Below, piece by piece: positions 1 to 6,794 of a stretch of 64,000 nucleotides of DNA. This DNA comes from Methanomassiliicoccales archaeon (GTDB lineage: Archaea > Thermoplasmatota > Thermoplasmata > Methanomassiliicoccales > UBA472): assembly GCA_040765825.1 (NCBI GenBank), contig JAXGRO010000002.1, forward strand, positions 10,293 through 74,292, in the 5' to 3' direction. The translations under genes were made by a program, and so were the position numbers. Numbering within the stretch: the stretch's first letter is position 1; each line of letters starts with the position of its first letter. The notes under the pieces were generated by a model. The model was not told the origin of the DNA. It searched no databases and saw only the letters and a list, made by a program, of their open reading frames with translations.

Positions 1-178
1 CCCATGTTCCGATCCACCGCAGGAGCAGGCCCTGCTGGTCCCCGAATGACTCGCCCAGGTCCCTGGCCTGCTGCACCACGTAGCCGCTGAGGACCAGTAT
101 GAGCACACTGCTCAGGAGGGCCACCAGGGCCCCGGCCATCAATCCCGTCCTTACCGTCTCCAAGCTGAACATTACCAT
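1..178 (-). CDS. hypothetical membrane protein, N-terminal fragment (gene continues past the left edge)
   Basis: Open minus-strand frame, absent from the ORF track because it has no stop inside the window. From the ATG at 178 it reads MVMFSLETVRTGLMAGALVALLSSVLILVLSGYVVQQARDLGESFGDQQGLLLRWIGTW, which contains one clear hydrophobic helix. No family recognised. Confidence 0.3.
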   Translation of the reverse strand, partial: MVMFSLETVRTGLMAGALVALLSSVLILVLSGYVVQQARDLGESFGDQQGLLLRWIGTW

Positions 179-419
179 ATTCACATCCGTTCCTGCGTTC
201 ACGGGCCCGGCCCGTTCCTCGCGAAAAAGGGCATGCGGGCGGGCCGCTTATGGTCATGTTCCAACAAGGGACCGGAAACGAGCGGGTCCGTCCCGAAAAA
301 CGCTCGATCCTTCAACCGATCCGTTGAGATCCGCTCCGAACTCAAACGCTGGAGGCGCCCGAGGAAAGGATTACATGCCTTGAAGGACAATAGGTAGTTC
401 AGTGGAACGGTGATGCCCC

Positions 420-704
420 ATGGGAGTTAGATACGGACTGTTCAACCACACCACGAAGGAATACGTTATCCCCGAGGGGCTGCCGCTGGACGCCGCGGAC
501 CCCACCACCCACCCCTTCGCCGCCCTCATCGCCTACCTGATGATGGAGAGCTGGAGGTACGACCACGTGGTGGTCATGGACGATTCCAAGGACTTCGATT
601 GCCAGCTCATGTTCGGCTCGCAGTACCGGGACCGGTCCAAGGACCTCTGGAACGAGTTCGTGATGATCATGGGCTGGCAGTTCAAGGAGCTCAAGCAGGT
701 CTGA
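420..704 (+). CDS. hypothetical protein (94 aa)
   Basis: ATG preceded by GGTGAT (SD-like). Composition looks like real protein, unlike the Arg/Pro/Gly-rich shadow ORFs. No family recognised. Confidence 0.55.
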   Translation: MGVRYGLFNHTTKEYVIPEGLPLDAADPTTHPFAALIAYLMMESWRYDHVVVMDDSKDFDCQLMFGSQYRDRSKDLWNEFVMIMGWQFKELKQV

Positions 705-707
705 GGG

Positions 708-1181
708 CTACAGCTCCTTCAGCATGTTCATGCTCTTTATCTCGTAGCCCAGCGAGGAGTAGAGGTGAATGGCCGCCTCGTTGTAATAGAAGACATGCAG
801 GGCCAGCGAGCTAAGCTTCATGCGCCGGGCCTTGGCCTCCAGGGCCAACATCATTCCCCGTCCGTAGCCCTTTCCCCGGTCGGCCTCCTCGATGAACACG
901 TCGAAGATGAAGCCCTTGCGATCGTCGCCCGGCTCCACCCTCAGCCAGAGATGCCCGACCGGCCGATCGTCCGCGGCGTCCAGGGCCCGGTAGAAGTGGT
1001 GGCCCTCGGTGCGCAGCCCCTGGGGCAGCAGACGTTCGTGCGTCTCCCGGGAACGCTGCGGGGCCTCCGCCGGAGTCCAGTAGCCCACCTTGACGTTCTC
1101 CTCGGCGTACCTGCGTATGCCCGCCTCCAGGGTGGCCTCGAACTCCTTCTTGCCCATGGGCACCAATCGCACCTCGACCAT
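708..1181 (-). CDS. GNAT family N-acetyltransferase
   Basis: Acetyl-CoA binding signature IEEADRGKGYGRGMM and a C-terminal NEAAIHLYSSLGY, both typical of GNAT. The start is placed at MVEVRLVP (ATG 1181); the longest ORF starts at 1220. Confidence 0.85.
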   Translation of the reverse strand: MVEVRLVPMGKKEFEATLEAGIRRYAEENVKVGYWTPAEAPQRSRETHERLLPQGLRTEGHHFYRALDAADDRPVGHLWLRVEPGDDRKGFIFDVFIEEADRGKGYGRGMMLALEAKARRMKLSSLALHVFYYNEAAIHLYSSLGYEIKSMNMLKEL

Positions 1182-1234
1182 TCGCAACCCCCGCCAGGGA
1201 ATCGACGAACCATATTTCAAGGGTTGCGTCGGTC

Positions 1235-2185
1235 CTATCCCCTCTCATCGTCGATGGGTACGGAGTAGTAGGTCCTTCCCGAATAGGTGGTGGCCTTCAG
1301 CCGGCCCTCCGCAACCAGACGGAGAATGGAATCCCTGGCCCCCTCCAGACCCAGGGACATGGACAGGATCTCGTAGGCCTGGTCCTCGCGCAGGGGATGG
1401 TTCTTGGCTATCTCCAGCAGCTCGGCCTCCCTCTCCTCCTCGTTCCTCAGGAACGGCCCCTGTTCCGGTTCGGTCATGTCCACCGCTTCCGGGAACAGCT
1501 CGAAGACCTGCTGCAGGGAGCCCTTGTCCGGGGGGAGCACCCAGCTCTCCGCGGGAGGGCGGGTGGGCACGGCCACGTACAGCCTCTCGGGTGCGATGCG
1601 CCTCACCGCCTTGCGGATGCTCAGCAGGGAGGGCAGGGTATCGTTGACCCCGCTCACCAGCATCATCTCCGCCCACACCTCCCCGCGATGCTCCCTCCTC
1701 AGACGCTCCAGCCCGTCCAGGACCATCTCCGCGTTCAGGGATCGCGGGGGCCGGTGCAGGCGCCGGAAGGTGCGCTCGTCCCCGGCGGAGATGGTCGGGG
1801 AGACCACGTCGAAGGGCGAGGCGTCCTGCCTCACCTGGTCCAGGTGGAAGAGCGAACCGTTGGTGATCAATGCCATCTTCCCCGTCCAGAACTCGCGCAC
1901 GCCAAGGGCCATGTCCCCCAGGTTCTTGGCCAGGGTGGGCTCGCCATCGCCCATGAAGGTGATGTAGTCTATGTTCCCCTCGGCCGATTCGACCGCCCTA
2001 CGCACATCCTCCACCACCGCTGCGGTGTCGAAGAAGACCTTCCGCTCGGTCTGCAGGCGGCTGGTCCGCCCCAACTGGCAGTAGATGCAGGAGTAGTTGC
2101 AGGTCTTCCTGGGGAGGGGGTTCACCCCCAGGGAGCTTCCGAAGCGGCGGGAGGGGACGGGACCGAAGACGTATTTGGAGATCAT
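1235..2185 (-). CDS. radical SAM enzyme with C-terminal winged-helix-like extension (function unknown)
   Basis: CX3CX2C cluster motif CNYSCIYCQ, a GDGEPTL SAM-binding motif and the N-terminus MISKYVFGPVPSRRFGSSLG. There are no further Cys residues, so no SPASM/twitch domain. The last ~70 aa (LLEIAKNHPLREDQAYEILSMSLGLEGARDSILRLVAEGRLKATTYSGRTYY) look like a wHTH. Start is the ATG at 2185; the upstream part of the 378-aa ORF is a shadow of paralogue 1 of the 69-aa family. Confidence 0.9.
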   Translation of the reverse strand: MISKYVFGPVPSRRFGSSLGVNPLPRKTCNYSCIYCQLGRTSRLQTERKVFFDTAAVVEDVRRAVESAEGNIDYITFMGDGEPTLAKNLGDMALGVREFWTGKMALITNGSLFHLDQVRQDASPFDVVSPTISAGDERTFRRLHRPPRSLNAEMVLDGLERLRREHRGEVWAEMMLVSGVNDTLPSLLSIRKAVRRIAPERLYVAVPTRPPAESWVLPPDKGSLQQVFELFPEAVDMTEPEQGPFLRNEEEREAELLEIAKNHPLREDQAYEILSMSLGLEGARDSILRLVAEGRLKATTYSGRTYYSVPIDDERG

Positions 2186-2294
2186 ATGGACTTCTCTCCG
2201 ATGCCTAGGAGAGAGTAGGGTAAAATGATAATCCCGTATCGGGGACCGGGAACCGGGCGGTAAGGGGTTTGATAGTAAGGATGTTAGGGGCTGT

Positions 2295-2504
2295 TCAGCC
2301 CTGGAAGCAGCGGTAGACCCAGTACTTCTTCCCGTCCACGGTGATCTCCTCGGGCTTGGCCCTGGGGTCACCGACGGCGAAGTACGGCGGGAAGGCCGGG
2401 TTGGCCTTGGTCACGCGCAGTGCGTCCTTGTCGTCCTTGAACTTCTTCTTGACGGCATCAGCGACCTCATCCGGGACGCCGAAGGTCAGTTCCACAACAA
2501 CCAT
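2295..2504 (-). CDS. 69-aa conserved small protein, paralogue 1 (unrecognised family)
   Basis: MVVVELTFGVPDEVADAVKKKFKDDKDALRVTKANPAFPPYFAVGDPRAKPEEITVDGKKYWVYRCFQG. Strong SD (AAGGAGGAAAAAAC-ATG). One of three near-identical tandem copies. Confidence 0.8.
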   Translation of the reverse strand: MVVVELTFGVPDEVADAVKKKFKDDKDALRVTKANPAFPPYFAVGDPRAKPEEITVDGKKYWVYRCFQG

Positions 2505-2558
2505 GTTTTTTCCTCCTTTTGGCGGGTTGTTCCGCCAGCCCCGGGAAAATCATCCAGT

Positions 2559-2589
2559 GGTATAAGGGTTTGTTACATGGATCGGTAAC
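2559..2589 (-). promoter_or_regulatory. promoter (TATA/BRE) plus GTTAC-N8-GTAAC palindrome of paralogue 1
   Basis: Plus strand reads GGTATAAGGGTTTGTTACatggatcgGTAAC. The TATAA at 2561-2565 lies 57 nt from the ATG, and the palindrome occupies 2572-2589. The same layout and 11-nt spacing occur in all three copies. Confidence 0.55.
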
Positions 2590-2671
2590 CGGATTCCATT
2601 GCCAGTATCCCGTCCGGCCGATCGGTATCATGTTGCTGGATGTATGACAGAGCCCCCGCCCTCATGGGAGC

Positions 2672-2684
2672 GATGAAAAATGGG
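2672..2684 (-). terminator. oligo-T terminator candidate after paralogue 2
   Basis: The minus strand reads CCCATTTTTCATC, with the T5 tract (2680-2676) 44 nt after the stop. An equivalent block follows paralogue 3. Confidence 0.35.
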
Positions 2685-2723
2685 AATGTGAAGTGGTTTG
2701 AGGGGTTAGCGGTCCCAGAACGT

Positions 2724-2933
2724 TCAGCCCTGGAAGCAGCGGTAGACCCAGTACTTCTTTCCGTCGACGGATATCTCCTCGGGCTTGGCCCTGGGGTCAC
2801 CAACGGAGTAATACGGCGGGAAGGCCGGGTTGGCCTTGGTCACGCGCAGTGCGTCCTTCTCGTCCTTGAACTTCTTCTTCACCTCATCAGCGACCTTGTC
2901 CGGCACGCCGAAGGTCAGTTCCACGGTTACCAT
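2724..2933 (-). CDS. 69-aa conserved small protein, paralogue 2
   Basis: MVTVELTFGVPDKVADEVKKKFKDEKDALRVTKANPAFPPYYSVGDPRAKPEEISVDGKKYWVYRCFQG. SD is GGGAGGAAATAGA-ATG. Confidence 0.8.
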   Translation of the reverse strand: MVTVELTFGVPDKVADEVKKKFKDEKDALRVTKANPAFPPYYSVGDPRAKPEEISVDGKKYWVYRCFQG

Positions 2934-2990
2934 TCTATTTCCTCCCTTGTGCGGTTGTTAACACCGCATAGAGTATCAGTGATTAACGGG

Positions 2991-3021
2991 GGTATAAGGC
3001 TTTGTTACGCCCCCGCGTAAC
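2991..3021 (-). promoter_or_regulatory. promoter (TATA/BRE) plus GTTAC-N8-GTAAC palindrome of paralogue 2
   Basis: Plus strand reads GGTATAAGGCTTTGTTACgcccccgcGTAAC. TATAA is at 2993-2997 and the palindrome at 3004-3021; it extends to GTTACGC/GCGTAAC. Confidence 0.55.
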
Positions 3022-3145
3022 CAGATTCAAAGCCGCGTTACCGGTTGAGGGGCCGTGCAACGCCGACGGTTCGGCACGGCAAATATCGTGCTCGAGGGCC
3101 AGGGTGAGCCACAGTAGAAAGAGAGCTGCGTTTCCGCGCGGAATG

Positions 3146-3158
3146 ATGGAAAAATGAA
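3146..3158 (-). terminator. oligo-T terminator candidate after paralogue 3
   Basis: The minus strand carries a T5 tract (3154-3150) 39 nt after the stop, within a block (GATGGAAAAATGAAG on the plus strand) that is homologous to the one after paralogue 2. Confidence 0.35.
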
Positions 3159-3192
3159 GAAGGGGTTTGGAAAAGGAGGTACGCTGGTAGCT

Positions 3193-3402
3193 TCATCCCT
3201 GGAAGCAGCGGTACACCCAGTACTTCTTGCCGTCCACCTTGATCTCCTCGGGCTTGGCCCTGGGGTCACCGACGGCGAAGTACGGCGGGAAGGCCGGGTT
3301 GGCCTTGGTCACGCGCAGCGCGTCCTTCTCGTTCTTGTACTTCTTCTTCACCTCGTCGGCGACCTTGTCCGGCACGCCGAAGGTCAGTTCCACGGTTACC
3401 AT
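3193..3402 (-). CDS. 69-aa conserved small protein, paralogue 3
   Basis: MVTVELTFGVPDKVADEVKKKYKNEKDALRVTKANPAFPPYFAVGDPRAKPEEIKVDGKKYWVYRCFQG. SD is GCGGAGGAAGAAAA-ATG. Confidence 0.8.
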   Translation of the reverse strand: MVTVELTFGVPDKVADEVKKKYKNEKDALRVTKANPAFPPYFAVGDPRAKPEEIKVDGKKYWVYRCFQG

Positions 3403-3463
3403 TTTTCTTCCTCCGCAGCAGCACAGGGTAGTGCTACCAATGTTTTTGTGATTCAGTTAATAG

Positions 3464-3494
3464 GGTATAAACACTTGTTACATCAGCATGTAAC
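3464..3494 (-). promoter_or_regulatory. promoter (TATA/BRE) plus GTTAC-N8-GTAAC palindrome of paralogue 3
   Basis: Plus strand reads GGTATAAACACTTGTTACatcagcatGTAAC. TATAA is at 3466-3470 and the palindrome at 3477-3494; it extends to GTTACAT/ATGTAAC. Confidence 0.55.
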
Positions 3495-3544
3495 GAGATA
3501 CTTTACGGAGTAACCTGATAGAGGATCTGGAAAGAGTTGCGGGA

Positions 3545-3832
3545 TCATGGGCCGGCGCAGGCGGTCATCTGGATGAGGTCCAGGTTTATAGAGCGGGCCG
3601 CCAGCCGGTAGACTATCTCCTTGCTCTCCTCCTTGTATGTCTTGACCAGGAAGTTGCACTTGAACAGAACCTCCAGCTCCCTGTAGATGGTGGCGCGCTC
3701 CCGGCGATCGCTGAACCTCTCGTTGTACACCTTGTAAACGTGCACGGCCGAGGCCTCCCCCTCGGCCAGGAGCCTCAGGATCTTTAGGCGGGTATCTGAC
3801 GACAGCGCCTTGGCCACCTCCTCGATCTCCAT
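3545..3832 (-). CDS. ArsR-family winged-helix transcriptional regulator
   Basis: The N-terminus EVAKALSSDTRLKILRLLAEGEASAVHVYKV matches the ArsR/SmtB-type HTH pattern. Small (95 aa). Lies immediately upstream of, and co-directional with, the three 69-aa genes. Confidence 0.85.
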   Translation of the reverse strand: MEIEEVAKALSSDTRLKILRLLAEGEASAVHVYKVYNERFSDRRERATIYRELEVLFKCNFLVKTYKEESKEIVYRLAARSINLDLIQMTACAGP

Positions 3833-3869
3833 ATCTGCTCAGCATATCCTTTCCGGTTATTAAGGGTTG

Positions 3870-3888
3870 ATTTCAACGATAGTGAAAT
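3870..3888 (-). promoter_or_regulatory. inverted repeat ATTTCA-N7-TGAAAT next to the arsR-like TATA box
   Basis: Perfect 6-bp arms at 3870-3875 and 3883-3888. A TTAATAA TATA-like element at 3858-3865 lies about 30 nt upstream of ATG 3832. Candidate autoregulatory operator. Confidence 0.35.
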
Positions 3889-3896
3889 GATAGCAT

Positions 3897-4355
3897 TCAG
3901 CGCTGCCGGGTCAGAACCAGGAAGCTGCAGGGCATCCCTTCCAGGTCCACCTTCTCCCTTCGGGCCACGGAGAAACCGGCCTTCTCGTACACCCTGCGCG
4001 CCCTGCCGTTCAGCTCCCAGACCCTGATTATGAGGGAGTCGTGCGGATAGATCTCCAGGGCCAGCTCCACCGCCCTCTCCACGAAGGCCTTTCCGTGCCC
4101 CTTCCCGTTCAGGTCCGGCCTCAGGGTGAGGCCTATCTCCAGCCCATCCTGCCGGGGGGTGAAGGAGTATTCACCCACCAGCTCCCCCTGTTCGTCCAGT
4201 ACGGCGAAGGTGTCCGCCCAATTTTCGGGGTCCAGCCATGATGCTATGTCCTCGGGCCAGTTCCTCAGGTCATAGAACGAGTAGAAGGAGTCGAACCCCC
4301 ATTCGACCACCGCCCTGGCGTGATCGCCCTGCATGGGCACGGGCTGAAAGCGCAT
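3897..4355 (-). CDS. GNAT family N-acetyltransferase
   Basis: LRPDLNGKGHGKAFVERAV (acetyl-CoA loop) and NGRARRVYEKAGF, both typical GNAT motifs. Confidence 0.85.
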   Translation of the reverse strand: MRFQPVPMQGDHARAVVEWGFDSFYSFYDLRNWPEDIASWLDPENWADTFAVLDEQGELVGEYSFTPRQDGLEIGLTLRPDLNGKGHGKAFVERAVELALEIYPHDSLIIRVWELNGRARRVYEKAGFSVARREKVDLEGMPCSFLVLTRQR

Positions 4356-4443
4356 GGACGGTGATGGAGGAGGGGGAGCATCAAGGCGATGGTGGGAAAG
4401 CGTTCAATAGCCGGGACGGCCTTCCGGGCCCCTAGGGATCCTC

Positions 4444-5286
4444 ATGGGCCGGATGACCATGGTCTACGTCCGCCTGATCAAGGGCGGCTTCAAGCACCGG
4501 TTCAGATTGGCAAGGCTGACCCGTTGGCCCCTGTTCGGCGGCATGATGGACAAGGCCTTCTTCGACGGCGACGACATCTACGTGCTCCCGAAGGAGTCCG
4601 CCCTGAAGGTCAGGGACATCCCCCTGGACATCCCCATGCCGGAGAGGGAGGACCTGGTACTTCCTTCAGAGGTCATACGGCACTTCATCGAGCGCTCGCG
4701 CTACCACTTCATCATGAACTACTGCATATGCCGCACCTCCAGTCATTGCCAGGACTACCCCAGGGAGCTGGGATGCCTGTTCCTGGGCAGGGCGGTGCTT
4801 AACATAGACCCAAGGCTGGGACGGCTGGTCAGCAGGGAGGAGGCCCTGGCGCACCTGGACCGCTGCGAGGAGGCCGGGCTGGTGCATCTGATCGGACGGA
4901 ACAAGATCGACAGCATGTGGACCTCTGGAAAGCCCAAGGAGGACCTCATGACCATATGCAACTGCTGCCCCTGCTGCTGCCTGTGGAAGATGATACCCCA
5001 GCTGGACCCCGGGATATCGGTGAAGATGAGGCGGCTGCCCGGGGTGAGCCTCAGCGTGGACGCGGACAGATGCAACGCCTGCGGCCTCTGCGTCGAGGGG
5101 TGCTACGTGCATGCCATGACCATCTCCGGAGGGAAGGCGGTCATCGACCAGGACCTATGCAAGGGCTGCGCCCGCTGCGCCCATTCCTGCCCGGAGAGGG
5201 CCATCACCCTGCACATGGAGGACCCGGACTATATCGTCGGCACCGTGCGGACCCTCAGCGGCCTGGTGGACGTGGGGAAGGAGTGA
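4444..5286 (+). CDS. Fe-S protein with C-terminal 2x[4Fe-4S] ferredoxin domain
   Basis: Two CX2CX2CX3C motifs (CNACGLCVEGC, CKGCARCAHSC) plus a Cys-rich ICNCCPCCC segment. Confidence 0.8.
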   Translation: MGRMTMVYVRLIKGGFKHRFRLARLTRWPLFGGMMDKAFFDGDDIYVLPKESALKVRDIPLDIPMPEREDLVLPSEVIRHFIERSRYHFIMNYCICRTSSHCQDYPRELGCLFLGRAVLNIDPRLGRLVSREEALAHLDRCEEAGLVHLIGRNKIDSMWTSGKPKEDLMTICNCCPCCCLWKMIPQLDPGISVKMRRLPGVSLSVDADRCNACGLCVEGCYVHAMTISGGKAVIDQDLCKGCARCAHSCPERAITLHMEDPDYIVGTVRTLSGLVDVGKE

Positions 5287-5328
5287 GCGCACCGCTCTTT
5301 TTATTATGTTCCTGAAGGATATTTCTCT

Positions 5329-6264
5329 ATGACGGATTTCGGGGGCCGGGAAGGCCTCTTGGCCCTGCTGGTGGGGATAATGCTCATAGTCGTGATCGTC
5401 ATAGCGGCGCTGGCCTTCGCCCCGCTCATGCCCTTCGAGGCGGACGACCAGAGGACCGTGGCCGCCGATGGAAGCCCGGGCAATCTCGTGCTCAGCGTGG
5501 ACGCGGACATCTGCACCGTGGAGGTGGAGTTCGCGGAGATGATAGGAGACGTGCTCGCGGTGGACCTGGACGTGGACGGCCGGAGGGGGCTGTTCGTCTC
5601 CGATCCCGCGGTGGACCTCTCGGTGGAGCAGTCCACGGTGGGCGACGACATGCTGGTGAATGTGGTGCTGGACATGCCCTCCGGCCCCACGGTGCAGTAT
5701 GACGATCTCCGGATGCGCCTTATCATCGATCCGGGGATGATGGTGAGCGTGACCGTGGTCACCGATGTGGGCGACGTATACCTGGAGGCCCCGCCGGGCG
5801 TGGACCTGGGGGATGTTAGCCTGTTCGCCAAGGTGGGATCGGTGCACGCCGACCTGGGAGAAGGGGTTCTGGTCACCGGCGATGTGGAGCTGCGCTGCAA
5901 TGTGGGCTCGGTGTACATGGAGGCCACGAACGCGGTGCTGGAGGACGGCGTCACAGTGACCCTCAGGACCTCCACCGGGAGCGTGCACGCCGACCTGGCC
6001 CAGGAGGCCTCGCCCGGCGGGAACGCCACCATCCTCTGCCGCACGGTAACCGGGAGCGTTTACCTGGACCTGAGGATCGCCGGCAGCACCGCCGCGGAGA
6101 TCACCTCGCAAACGGACGTGGGGGATATCAACACCGAGCTGGAGGGGTTCGAGGGCCTGGACGTTCACCTGGTCAGCCAGAACCATCCTGACCAGTTCAA
6201 CCTGGAGTTCCAGATAGAAGTGGACGTCGGCTCCATAGAGATCAGCGCGGAACGGACGGTGTGA
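5329..6264 (+). CDS. membrane-anchored acidic repeat protein (DUF4097-like beta-helix)
   Basis: N-terminal TM helix LLVGIMLIVVIVIAALAF, followed by about 8 repeats of [VT]G[SD][VI]x[ALM][DE] (GSVHADL, GSVYMEA, GSVHADL, GSVYLDL, GDINTEL, GSIEISA). Confidence 0.7.
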   Translation: MTDFGGREGLLALLVGIMLIVVIVIAALAFAPLMPFEADDQRTVAADGSPGNLVLSVDADICTVEVEFAEMIGDVLAVDLDVDGRRGLFVSDPAVDLSVEQSTVGDDMLVNVVLDMPSGPTVQYDDLRMRLIIDPGMMVSVTVVTDVGDVYLEAPPGVDLGDVSLFAKVGSVHADLGEGVLVTGDVELRCNVGSVYMEATNAVLEDGVTVTLRTSTGSVHADLAQEASPGGNATILCRTVTGSVYLDLRIAGSTAAEITSQTDVGDINTELEGFEGLDVHLVSQNHPDQFNLEFQIEVDVGSIEISAERTV

Positions 6265-6794
6265 GCATGGTCCGCAGCATGCCCTACGAGGTGGTGAAGC
6301 ACCTGGGCGACGCCGAGCTGCGCAGATACGCGGACATTCAGCTGGCCACGGTGTACGACATGGAGGAGGACGAGTCGTTCCAGCTGCTGTTCCGGTACAT
6401 CGAGGGGGGCAACGAGGAGGAGGAGAAGCTGCCCATGACCACCCCGGTGGTGACCCGGTCCGGGGTCCCGGAGGACCCCTCCTCGGAGGGGCAGATGTCC
6501 TTCGTGCTGCCCTGGGACCTGAAGGGGCGGCCCCCCAAGCCTGTGGACCCCAGGGTGTCCCTGGAGCAGATAGAGGGAGGCTTCTTCGCGGTGCTCCGCT
6601 TCCGCGGGAAGGCCGGCCCCGGAGAGGTGGAACGGATGACCATGGAGCTGTTGGGAGAGCTTAAGGAGGCCGACTACATCACCGACGGGAGGCCCTTCCT
6701 GATGAGGTACAACTCCCCCTTCACCCCGGGCTTCATGCGCCACAACGAGGTGGCCGTGCGGGTGCGGCAGGGGCCGGAGCGGCGGGCGCCCTAG
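6261..6794 (+). CDS. SOUL/HEBP-family heme-binding-like protein
   Basis: [13 protein letters not shown], FxxLFRYIxGxN, PMTTPV and [15 protein letters not shown] are the recognisable SOUL-family blocks. A GTG start at 6261 overlaps the upstream stop (GTGA); an alternative ATG lies at 6267. Confidence 0.8.
   Translation: MSMVRSMPYEVVKHLGDAELRRYADIQLATVYDMEEDESFQLLFRYIEGGNEEEEKLPMTTPVVTRSGVPEDPSSEGQMSFVLPWDLKGRPPKPVDPRVSLEQIEGGFFAVLRFRGKAGPGEVERMTMELLGELKEADYITDGRPFLMRYNSPFTPGFMRHNEVAVRVRQGPERRAP

Larger units (their letters stand above)
2262..3520. repeat. tandem triplication (periods 429 and 469 bp) of a promoter-gene-terminator unit
   Basis: Three 210-nt genes at 2295, 2724 and 3193 are about 90% identical at the nucleotide level with no indels. 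Their flanks also share conserved blocks: AAG[GT]GGTTTG downstream, and GGTATAA-N4-TTGTTAC-N8-GTAAC upstream. Confidence 0.9.

Noticed and set aside
199-419. A 220-bp gap with GC-rich hairpins (GCCCGGCCCG...CGGGCGGGC) and a GAGGAAAGG string reminiscent of the RNase P CR-I motif. I considered a structured ncRNA or a tRNA.
   Set aside because: There is no tRNA cloverleaf or T-loop (GTTCRANYC). The RNase P-like match does not extend beyond 8 nt (GAGGAAAGUCC is not present), and the gap is too short for RNase P or SRP RNA. A covariance-model scan (Infernal/Rfam) would be needed to revive the idea.
1235-3269. A recurring 'MTPGPSPRRSPWTGRSTGSTAASRAE' peptide at the starts of ORFs 1235-2371, 2573-2803 and 3027-3269, which at first looks like a second repeated gene family.
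   Set aside because: These are off-frame read-throughs of the three 69-aa genes on the same strand. They have Pro/Ser/Arg-rich composition and no SD, and the real rSAM start (ATG 2185, MISKYVFGPVPSRR) lies downstream of the first one.
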